Positions 10,086 to 20,337 of a stretch of DNA of 64,000 nt are shown here, piece after piece. The notes below the pieces were generated by a model. The model was given only the letters and a program-made list of their open reading frames with translations, did not search any database and was not told where the DNA came from. The stretch comes from a virus: positions 1,501 through 65,500 of IMG/VR virus record IMGVR_UViG_3300001485_000179. One strand, 5' to 3'. The position numbers and the translations under genes are program-made. Each line of letters starts with the position of its first letter. Within the stretch, counting starts at the first letter, position 1.

Positions 10086-12283
10086 AATATTTTGGAGGAT
10101 TAATATGATAGATTTAAAAATTAAATATAAAAATAGAAAAAGAGGTCAATTTAAAGATGCTAGTAAAGAAGAAAGAGCTAAAGCTTTAGGTAATGTTATA
10201 TGCCCTAGATGTAAATATCAAAATCACAATATTCATGTTAAGAAATATGGGACTTGTAATTTATGTGGCGCAACATTAGATAAGGATTATTTCAAAAAGA
10301 TGATGTTAAGAAAGATGGAGGGCAAATAATTGTGGTTAAATATTGGGGTACTTCTGTTATGGGAATTACAGATTATGAGATTAAATCAGATATCGATTTA
10401 AATATATTGGTTGATAAGTATGGTTTTAAAGAATATAAATATTATTATAAAAGAAAAACTAATGGTACGTGGATTAAGGTATATAAAGATGGTAGATATG
10501 TATGGAATCCCACAGGTGAATTATCTGAGATAGAAGATTTATATAAAGACGGTTTATTACAGGAGATTGACTGGGTTCCGTTCTTTTGGAACAGGTAAAG
10601 GAGGGTTTATATGTGTATTGAGGATTTATTTATACCTAATGCATTTGATGGTGAGTCTAGAATTGATATATTAGTGGATACTAAAAAGAGATTAATAGAT
10701 GATCAAAAGTCTTTTAAACATACGGTATCTACTAATTTAGATTCTAATAAATATATAGAGGAAGCTGAATTGGATTTATCTATATTTGAGCCTACTGATT
10801 TGCAAAAGGTTATACACGAATGTATTTTATATGAATGGGATTTAAAGGAGGTTCCGTATCATGATCACATTAGAGCTTATAGATATTACGACCATGAAGA
10901 TATTTACTAAGAAATTTGAAACAGAATACGAACGTGATAAATTTGTAAGGAAATTAAAATATTCTAAAAAGATAAAAGTGGTTAATAAGGATTATAAGGA
11001 GGATTATAAATGAGTCAATTAATTAAAACTTGGGATGAATTAGATGGTTTAAAAAATGATAAATATCAGATTGTCGTTAATAAGGAATTTTGTTGCGGTT
11101 GGATTATACCAATAACCGATGAACGAATAGAACCTGATAGTGATGATTTTATTTGTAATTGCAAGCATTATACATTTGACGCATATTATGATTATCATAA
11201 GTATTTAAGTACTCATACATTTTACGGTAGTCAGTATAAACATTCTACAGAATTATTACAGAAATTTGGATTTGATGTAGAGATTGATAACTGGGATAAG
11301 GATGACATAGATGATTGAAAAATATTATGGTGATGCATGTGATGCCCTGATTCAACAGTGTATGGAATGGCTTGGTCGCAAGGGTTATATATTCGGTTGG
11401 AGTAATGTTTTAGATTATATGCATGTTGAAGGGCGTGGTAGAGAATTCGATATTAGTTATGAGGTATTTTTAGATTATGCTACTAAAAAATATGGTGATG
11501 CTTATTATTGCGAAGAAAAAACATGGATTAATGATACACGATATATTTCAACTGGTTGGCGATTTAATGTTGACGACTTTTTCCGTAATGAAATAGACTT
11601 AAATCATATATAAGGAGTGGTGCTGATGGATGAAAAATATATAAAATTACTTGAAGATAGACGTGATGAATATTTTGAGGAACGTAATAGACTAGTTAAA
11701 ATAAAAGAAAGGTATACAAAAAATGGTAAAGATGTTCCAAAAAATTTAAACAAACGAATTAGGGAATGTTGTGCATTATATGACTATTATGATGGTTTAC
11801 TAAAACAAAAAATAGAATACAAATTAAATATGGCACGAAAAAGACAAGAAGCTGAATTAAGGAAGTCTTTGGGTTATAATGTGCCATTTGGATTTAATTA
11901 TTTTTACGGAATGAGTCCATTTATTAGATAGTGAAGGAGGATTAGTATGGAAGAAATAAAATTAAAAGTAGAATATAATGATGAATCAGCATATATCACA
12001 TTTGACAGTATGATTTATAATTTATATTTAAATAAAAAAGATTATGGATGTTTTACTATTAAAGAGATAATATACGATTCAATAGATACATACGTTATTA
12101 TCGAGACTAATGATATTGTAATTTCTTATGATGAATATATGAAATTTAAGAAACAAGAGCATATGCTAGATACAATTAAAGGTTTTGTAAATAAATATGA
12201 TATTGATTATTTAACTGAAGTAGGCGAAAATGATTTCGTTGAGTTTTTAGAAGCTATATCAGATATAATGAAGGAGGATTAAT

Positions 12284-12457
12284 ATGGAAATGTTAGATTT
12301 AACAGGTTATTTATCTAGTATGGTTGATAGTTTAGACCATTTTATTGAATATTTAGATGCTTGTTGTGAGAGAAGTAAAGAACAACAAATAGCTAGTCAA
12401 AAATTGAAAGAAGCTGTGTTTTGGTTGACGTATAGTATACCAGAAGAGGAGGATTAG
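12284..12457 (+). CDS. 57-aa protein with Acb2/Tad1-like helical-hairpin motif; absent from ORF track
   Basis: AAGGAGG RBS; CCERSKEQQIASQKLKEAVFWL resembles the S-R-E-x-S-L-A-x-T-K-L-E-E-A-x-x-W pattern. Confidence 0.5.
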   Translation: MEMLDLTGYLSSMVDSLDHFIEYLDACCERSKEQQIASQKLKEAVFWLTYSIPEEED

Positions 12458-15400
12458 TATGCGATTAATAGATTTATTTAATAGGATAGTTAATGGAGAA
12501 AAATTACCAAATAAAATTAAGATACGAAATAATATTTTAATTCATAATAAAGATTTTCATTTACCATGTTTACAAGATTATTACTACATGGAGAATAACG
12601 AAGCTGCAACTTGGAGAATATGGTACTATGATTTAACTGATGAAGTAGAAATAATAGAAGTGGATAATACAAATAAAACAGAGGATTAGTATGGATAAAG
12701 AATCATTATTAAAAGCTAGAGAATTTTTATTAAATATAGACAATATTGATATGCCTATACAAGATAAATTAGAGATAATTAATAACTTATGGTTATATTT
12801 AGATCCTGAGAATTATGAGAAACATACTAAAATTCTTATGAAAGAATGTAATGAGGAGTTGAAATGGAAAAGAAAAATATAGTAGAGAAAATCGAGGATG
12901 ATAGGTCTAAACTTATAGAATACTATAATATCCTAATAAAAGGATATATTGATGAGGTAAAAGATTTAAGGAAACTTATAAATTTTGAAGAGACTTTTGG
13001 GGCTGATTCGGAAAAAGATAGACTAGATAGATTACATAAAAGGTTATTTGAGTGCGAAACATTAGTTGACTGTTTTAAAAATAATATAGAGTTATTAGTT
13101 AATGAAGAAAACATAAGACATTGTGTTAGTATTTTAAATAATAGTTATGATAAGATAAAGAAGATGAATAATTATGATAAGATAAAGAGGAGGAATGGTT
13201 ATGGATTTATGGATAAGAAGTCAAAATAAAGAAAAATTAATTAAGGTCAATGAATTAAGTTTGTATGATGGTAATATTTTAAAAAATGATTTTGTTTTAA
13301 ATGATAGACCATATTATTCTAATATTAGTATTATTGCAAATGATAATTGTAATCTAGGTTCTTATGAATCTAAAGAAAGAGCGTTAGACGTACTAGATGA
13401 AATACGATGTCACTTAGTAAATATAAATGATAGTCGAGATAGTTATTTTTACGTTTACGAAATGCCGGTGAAATAGTTATGAATGAAGAAATAATAATGA
13501 TAATTATGTTTATTATTTTTGGAGCATTTTTTATTGTTTGGGGTATACTTGAAATATTGTGGTTTATAAAATGTTTCTTGGAGGATGATGATTAATGTTA
13601 TTTCGTATTACAATATATTATAAAAACGGTGATGTTTATCCTGGCGGTGTTTATTGTAAGGAGATATTAGTTGATCCTAATAAAAGATTATTAGAACAAG
13701 AAAAGAAGAATTCTTATATCATAGGAATAGGCGATAACAAAAATAATTTTGAAGAAATTTTATATGATATTAAGAAGAAAGATGTTAGAAAAGAAAAGGC
13801 TTTTGAAATAGAGAGATTAGATGGTTATCTAAATGATCTTTTTAAAAATGAATATTAAATAAGGAGTGGTGAGTATGAAAAATACTATGACTGTAATAGA
13901 ATTATTAAATGATGTAGCCAATGGAAAAGAAGTTCCTGATTATATAATTTGGGATGGGGTTATTTTTGAAAAAGATTTAGAAACAGATTATGTACATTAC
14001 GCACCTGAAGGAGAACCAATGTATTTTTTAAACATGGTGTGTTTTAATGAATTAAATGATGTAGTTACGATACCGAGTATTAAATTGGCAAAAAAGGATG
14101 AAGAAATAACAAAAGAATCTATTAATAAACCTTTAAAAGGATTGAAAGACCTTGATGAAGTTGGCATGTTACAAATTGATTTTCTTCAAGTACCGGGTAC
14201 AGGTTCAGAATATATACAAATTGATTATGATTTAAGAACATTAAAATATAGTTTAAATGATTGTATTAGAAGAGTTAATTTATTAACTAAAGAAATAAAT
14301 AAGGAGGAATAAGCATGAAAGATACTATGATTGTAATAGAATTATTAAATAAGATATCTAATAAAGAAGAAGTTCCTAAGAGGATTAAATATGGAATTTA
14401 TGAATACGAGTGGGTTTTTGGAGCAATTGATAACAAATGGAGTTATGCAAGACGAGTTGTAGGAAGTTGTGTTGAGCCTTTCGAAAAAGATTTAAATTTA
14501 TGCGATTGGGAGACATTAAACAGTACAGTTACTATATTGGAATACGATGAACCATTAAAAGGATTAAAGATGTTAAATTGCACTGATATTGATATTTGTG
14601 ATCCATTTGAAGTAACGGGTGTTACAAAAGATTGTGTAATAGCAGATATTCAAACACTACAAAAATGGGTAAATAAAATAATTAAAGAAATAAATAAGGA
14701 GGACAAATAGATGGATTTTATTGAAGAGCATGGTGTTGCAATTAGTGTAATAATAATTATATTAATAGCAATTTGTGTTATTGTAACAAATATTGAGTGT
14801 GAGAAAAACGGTGGAACAATCGTTGGTGGTGGTAAATCACCTATGTATTGTGTTAAGAAAGATGCTATAATTAGCGATTAATAAGGAGGATAAATAAAAT
14901 GACTAAAGAACAATCACGAAAAGAACTTGAAAATTATAAAAGATTATATGAGGCTTTAAAAATTGAGCATGAAAATTTATTAAAAGAAACGGAAAATATT
15001 GAAGCATATAGAGAATTAAATTTAGAATTACAATTAAAAGTAAAAAAGTTAGAAAAAGAAAAAGGAGACCTTGAGGTAATAAGCGATAATTTAAGAACAG
15101 AACGTGATACTTATAGAGAAACATATGATATTTTAACAAGAATTGTAGGTGATAAACATTGCTATTAAAAAATAAAAACACTATTTGCGTTATTGGTTTT
15201 ATTTTGTTTATAATAGGTGTTATGCTTATTAATACAATTTTAGAAAGTAATTGTGAGAAATCAGGTGGCGTTTATGTTAGAGGTTTTAGAGAATCTTTTT
15301 GTATAAGGGGTGTAAATAATGATAAATAATATAAATCATTATATTAATGGAGGTGTAAATAAAAGATGTTAACGCTTATATTAGTTATTTGTATAATTGG

Positions 15401-17136
15401 TTATATATTAATAGAGGTGTTCGGTGATAAGTTGAATGATATAGTTTTTAATATTCAAATTGTATGTATGTTTGTAGGTTTAGTGGTTGCCTTTTTTGAT
15501 TTTTTTATGCTTATTGCTTATCTAGATACTAGACACATCGATGAAGAAATCAAATTATATGAAGATGCTTTGCAAGAATCAGTAGAGACTTATGGTGTTG
15601 ATTCGTATTATTATACAAAAAATCATCAAACTCTTATGCAATTAAAACAAGATAAAATACATATTAAAGATTATAAATGGTTATTATATTTTGGAAAGTA
15701 GGTGCAAATGATGTCTGAAGAAGATGAAAAACGAGCAAGACAGGATTTAGAAAATAATCTTCCATATGATTATTGTAGAAGTTGCGATTCTCCAGATGGT
15801 TTATATCACGAATGGATAGATGAGGACAGTTGGCAATATAAAATTAAAATGCTATTAGAAGAAAAAGATAAAGAAATAGACTGTCAAAATAAATTAAGTG
15901 AAAAGGTAGAAAGACTAAATAATATCATGGATGAATTAGCAAAAGATTTGGCAAAGTGGTTAAATAAAATACAAGAATTAAAAGGAGATGATGTCGATGA
16001 ATAATGAAGATGAATCTAAAAGACGATTAAATAATATTATGCAATTTGTAGAAAATACAGTTATTATAGGTGGGTATGGATATGATTATAGAAAAGCTAT
16101 AAGAATGTTATACGAAGGTTGTGAATATGATGATGTATTAAATTGGTATAGCACACAGATAGGAGCTGAATAATAGAATGAGTGAGGGAGCAATAAAACA
16201 TTATATTAATGAGTATTTTGAAAAATATTGGGGTGTATCTTTTGATAAATTTCTTGAAAATAAAGAAGAGTCTGATGAAATTAGGGAATGGGCTTTGAAA
16301 GAGGTTAAAAGATTAAAAAATAAAAATGAAGAATTAAAAGGCCAATTAGAATTTTCAAAGTTGAGTAATCCTGAAATGAATTTGAGATATTCTAAATTGG
16401 TTAATTCTAATAGACGAAAAATAAATTGTTTACGAGAGGAAAACAAAAAATTAAAAGAACAATTGAGACAAAAGAAAAATATATTAAAAGCAATTGAAAT
16501 AATTTTAAAGGCTGATTATAGTTCATCTATTGATATTTTGAAATATATAAATGAATTAGGAGGTACAGATGAAGAAATTATTTAAAGTGAATGGTGACGA
16601 TTATGTTGTTGCTGGTAATTATCAAGAGGCTATAGAAACATGGCTAAAGTATTATAATAAATCCTGCTATATGAATCAAAATGATATAAAATCAATAGAA
16701 TTAGTAAAGAATGAAGTTATAGTGGAGGAATAATAGAATGATTTGGTTATTGACAATTATTATAGCATGTATTATAATCTGGAATATATTTGCCATATAT
16801 GCATTATATAATCTAGATGGTATAATGTTCGATATATGCGCAATTTATTTTAAAGCTATATATGCACTATTTTTAATAGGAATATTATTAGGAATTAGTT
16901 ATGGGATAAGTTATGGCATATTAGATGCTATGTGTGAAACAAAAGGTAATGATGCTAAATATTGTGAGGTGATTAAATGATAGGATGGATTGTTGGAATT
17001 ATATTGATGGCAATATTAGGATTATTTTTATATTGTTGTCTAAACATTAGTGATAAATATTATGAAAGAGAACTACATGAGATTTACGACGAAGCTTATA
17101 GGAATTATAGAAAGAGAGAAAAGGAGGAAGATAAAA

Positions 17137-17808
17137 ATGAGTCGGCTGAAAAGGAATAAAATTAGGGGTGCGATATTAGCTTTATTTTGTGTATTTGTGT
17201 TAGGTTTGGCGGTTATTTTTATAGGTAACCATCTAATTTATCATTATTATACAAACAACGCTGAGAAGGCCGTTTCTAGGGCTTACAGAGGGTGTTTTAC
17301 AAGGGTTGAAAATAGTGATGTTAGCAAAAATATTGAGAGTTTGGAGGAAGAAGAGTATGTTGGAGAAGATATTGAACAAGATAATCAATTGGTATTGGAT
17401 AACTTACGCGAAGGTAATGAGTATAGTTACGAAACGATAAACTATAGTGACACTTATGAAACTAGAATGACTAGCTATTGGGCTAATGATGGTTATGGTA
17501 CTGGCGATTGTACTGGAAGTGGTTTATGCAGTTGGGATTTCGGAGTTAATGAGCATGGGTGGTATACTTATAATGGTAAGTTAGTTGTTGCTACAGCTAC
17601 AACATATTTGACTAAGTATGGTTGGAGTTTAGCTAACGGGGTACGTACGTATAATTATTATGATGAAATTACTTTGGTAATAGATGGTGTTGATTATCCC
17701 GCTATCGTTTTAGATTCATGTGGGTCTAGTATGAGTAATGGTAGGATTGATTTATTTGTTAGTGGGGGTTGGGCTGTAAAAGATACGACTATATTAGTGA
17801 AAGAATAA
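17137..17808 (+). CDS. Membrane-anchored 3D-domain (DPBB, lytic-transglycosylase-like) protein
   Basis: AAGGAGG RBS before MSRLKRNK; N-terminal TM; RMTSYW, IVLDSCG, RIDLFV motifs. Confidence 0.65.
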   Translation: MSRLKRNKIRGAILALFCVFVLGLAVIFIGNHLIYHYYTNNAEKAVSRAYRGCFTRVENSDVSKNIESLEEEEYVGEDIEQDNQLVLDNLREGNEYSYETINYSDTYETRMTSYWANDGYGTGDCTGSGLCSWDFGVNEHGWYTYNGKLVVATATTYLTKYGWSLANGVRTYNYYDEITLVIDGVDYPAIVLDSCGSSMSNGRIDLFVSGGWAVKDTTILVKE

Positions 17809-17822
17809 TAGTGAGGTAACAG

Positions 17823-18203
17823 ATGAACGTAACACATTCATTAATAAGACAATTTAAATTAACTAAATTTGATTTTATGGGTTATCATTTGAATAAAAGT
17901 GATGCTACATATCATCATATTACTAAAAAAGAACATGGTGGAGATAAATCTTTTGAGAATGGGGCTGTTTTGATGCCTTATAATCATGAGTATTTGCACT
18001 TGATAGAGTATATAGACTTCGAAAAGTATGAGATAATTAACAATATGTTTAGGATTATGCATGCTAAAGGTAGGGTTGATGAGGAAGATTATATACTTAT
18101 TGGACAGATTTTAAGCTGTTTCGAACGTGAACATGAAGGGCAAAGACGAGCTAAAGGTAAATTATTGATAAAAAATGAGTTTTTAAGGAGGAAATTTAAA
18201 TGA
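17823..18203 (+). CDS. HNH-like endonuclease
   Basis: TYHHITKKEHGG..ENGAVL...HEYLH. Confidence 0.6.
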   Translation: MNVTHSLIRQFKLTKFDFMGYHLNKSDATYHHITKKEHGGDKSFENGAVLMPYNHEYLHLIEYIDFEKYEIINNMFRIMHAKGRVDEEDYILIGQILSCFEREHEGQRRAKGKLLIKNEFLRRKFK

Positions 18204-18436
18204 AAAATGTTAAAAATTATATTGAAAAGGTAAAAAATGTGGTTGAAAAAGAGGAAAATAAGAAGAAAATTAAGGCTTGTGGAGCTGGTTTAGCTCTTGG
18301 AATGGCTGGATTTATTGGGTATAAAGTAGGTTGTATGAGAGCAATTGGCAAGATTACTAATGAATTTTATATCATTTTAGAGGGTAAAAATGACCTAAAA
18401 AATGCTCTAAAAGAGGCTGTTGAAGAGTCAATTTAG

Positions 18437-18750
18437 GGTCAAAATTAGTGGACACTTTTGATTTTAAAAGTGGGCAAATGGTCAAAAAAAGTGGGCAAAT
18501 TGAAAAGTGAGTTAAGAGAGTTAATTGACAAAATGGCAAGAGAAGCCAAAATGGCCAAAAAAAGTGGGCAAATGGCCAAAAATTTTTACAAAAGTGGCCA
18601 GCGGAAACCGTTGATATATAAGGATTTTAGCTCAAAATGGTCAAAAACCCACTTTTTTTTTAAAACCGGACGAAAAATAACTTCAAATTGACAAAATGGC
18701 AATTTAAAGGTTTTATATTAATATATACATTTTTTGCAAAAAGTGGCCAC
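18437..18750. repeat. Cluster of short direct and inverted repeats; candidate replication origin
   Basis: AAAAGTGGGCAAAT at 18466, 18487, 18560; AAAAGTGGCCA at 18590, 18739; inverted CCCACTTTT at 18648; several AAATGG(C/T)CAAAA. Confidence 0.7.
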
Positions 18751-18783
18751 AAAGGATATTTACAAGGTGAAAGGAGTGATGAT

Positions 18784-19215
18784 GTGCATAGTACATTAGA
18801 AGGTCTTACAGATAATGAATTATATTTGTACGAATCTATGTTAAGAATTACATTTCCAATTTATAGAGATGAAAATGTAAAATCCGTTAAAGAATTAACG
18901 TCCGATCATTTATTGGTAGAATTCAAAAGTGGATTAAGAACTATATTTTGTAGAAGGGGACAAGAGTTTCTTAATGTCAGAGATCCCGAAGGTTATCATA
19001 GTGATGCACAAATACTTTATGAGTTTAAACACATGGTTATATATTGGATGCGACGTAGAGGCATGACTCAACAACAATTAGCTAAAATGACTGGTTATTC
19101 AGAATCAGCTATATCCAGATACATTAATCATAATCGTATGCCAGATATATTAGTATTGTCAAAATTAGCAAATGCACTAGATGTAACTATCGATGCATTC
19201 TTTTTATATTATTAA
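18784..19215 (+). CDS. XRE/Cro-type HTH transcriptional regulator
   Basis: RGMTQQQLAKMTGYSESAISRY..P..LSKLANALDV; AAAGGAG RBS supports GTG 18784. Confidence 0.85.
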   Translation: MHSTLEGLTDNELYLYESMLRITFPIYRDENVKSVKELTSDHLLVEFKSGLRTIFCRRGQEFLNVRDPEGYHSDAQILYEFKHMVIYWMRRRGMTQQQLAKMTGYSESAISRYINHNRMPDILVLSKLANALDVTIDAFFLYY

Positions 19216-19232
19216 AATTAGGAGGATATTTT

Positions 19233-19361
19233 ATGTATGGATTAATTAGTCTTATATTTGCGATAGCCGGACTAATGTCAAAAAATTTAGAAGCTTTAAA
19301 AATAGCTGGACTATTTGCAATAGCCGATGCTATAGTAGCTTTAAAATTTTTTAAAAAATAG
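19233..19361 (+). CDS. 42-aa hydrophobic protein
   Basis: AGGAGG RBS; MYGLISLIFAIAGL... Confidence 0.6.
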   Translation: MYGLISLIFAIAGLMSKNLEALKIAGLFAIADAIVALKFFKK

Positions 19362-19363
19362 TA

Positions 19364-19392
19364 CTCGCGTAAAAATCACGTCCTTTTATAGG
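19364..19392 (+). promoter_or_regulatory. Variant phage promoter motif with degenerate -10 (TTTTAT)
   Basis: ctcgcgtaaaaatcacgtccttttatagg keeps TCGCG and the CA at the conserved position. Confidence 0.6.
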
Positions 19393-19469
19393 AGAGAGAT
19401 GGAATATCGCTTACTTATTGTAACTTATTCTGTCTTCCTCTTTTCTTTTTTATTTAGGAGTGATTAAAA

Positions 19470-19763
19470 ATGAAATTGGAAAGTGAGTTTCAACATAATT
19501 TGAAAAAAGAGTTGAAAGAATTGCTTCCGGGTTGTATGATACTTAAGCTAGACCCGAATGATACTCAAGGTATTCCAGACTTATTAATTCTATATGAAAA
19601 TAAATGGGCTACTTTGGAAAACAAAAAATCAGCAAAAGCAAAACATCGACCTAATCAAGATTATTATGTTGAAAAAATGGATAATATGTCATTTTCAAGA
19701 TTTATATATCCAGAGAACAAAGAAGAGGTTGTTGAGAAACTCACTTCCTTTTTCAATAAATAG
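19470..19763 (+). CDS. VRR-NUC domain nuclease (putative Holliday-junction resolvase)
   Basis: LESEFQ, QGIPDLLIL, LENK, RPNQ motifs. Confidence 0.85.
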   Translation: MKLESEFQHNLKKELKELLPGCMILKLDPNDTQGIPDLLILYENKWATLENKKSAKAKHRPNQDYYVEKMDNMSFSRFIYPENKEEVVEKLTSFFNK

Positions 19764-19778
19764 AAAGGAGCGATATAA

Positions 19779-20336
19779 ATGATATTTAAAAATCATTCTA
19801 ATCTCGAAGGTACTCATGCACCATTCTCAGCAAGTAAATCAAGTTGGTTAAGATATACCGATGAGAAAATAGTAGAGGTTAGAGATAACATGAAAGCAAA
19901 AGAGCTAGGAACTCGTTTGCATGAATGGGCTGCAGAAACTATAAAGCTAGGTATTAAAATGCCTAGAACAAAGAAAACTATAAATGCATATGTTAATGAT
20001 GCTATTGGTTTTAATATGACTCCAGAAGTGGTTTTATTTTATTCTATGTATTTTTATGGTACAGCAGATACTATAAACTACAATGAAAAAACAAAGGTGT
20101 TAAGAATACATGATTTAAAGACTGGTAAAATTCCAGCGCATATGGATCAATTGATTGTGTATGCTGCATTATTTTGTTTGGAATATAAAGTTGACCCTAA
20201 GGAGTTAACATCAATAATATTAAGAATATATCAATGTGACGATATTATAGAGTATTTACCAACTGCTGAAGAAGTAATTGATGTTATGAATATAATTGTT
20301 CATTTTGATAATGTGTTAAGAGAGGGTGATAATTAG
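19779..20336 (+). CDS. PD-(D/E)XK exonuclease-like protein
   Basis: SASKSSWL, GTRLH, YGTAD, IHDLKTG, QLIVYA. Confidence 0.8.
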   Translation: MIFKNHSNLEGTHAPFSASKSSWLRYTDEKIVEVRDNMKAKELGTRLHEWAAETIKLGIKMPRTKKTINAYVNDAIGFNMTPEVVLFYSMYFYGTADTINYNEKTKVLRIHDLKTGKIPAHMDQLIVYAALFCLEYKVDPKELTSIILRIYQCDDIIEYLPTAEEVIDVMNIIVHFDNVLREGDN

Positions 20337-20337
20337 A

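Larger units (their letters stand above)
7274..18436 (+). other. Dense array of ~40 small, mostly hypothetical accessory CDSs, several membrane-anchored or Zn-ribbon
   Basis: Back-to-back + strand ORFs of 40-250 aa with GGAGG/GGTGA RBSs and coupled stop/start junctions. Confidence 0.85.

Noticed and set aside
18458-18783. 77-aa ORF and N-terminal extension of the HTH ORF
   Set aside because: Translations of the repeat field with TTG starts and no RBS; the good RBS lies at 18770-18776
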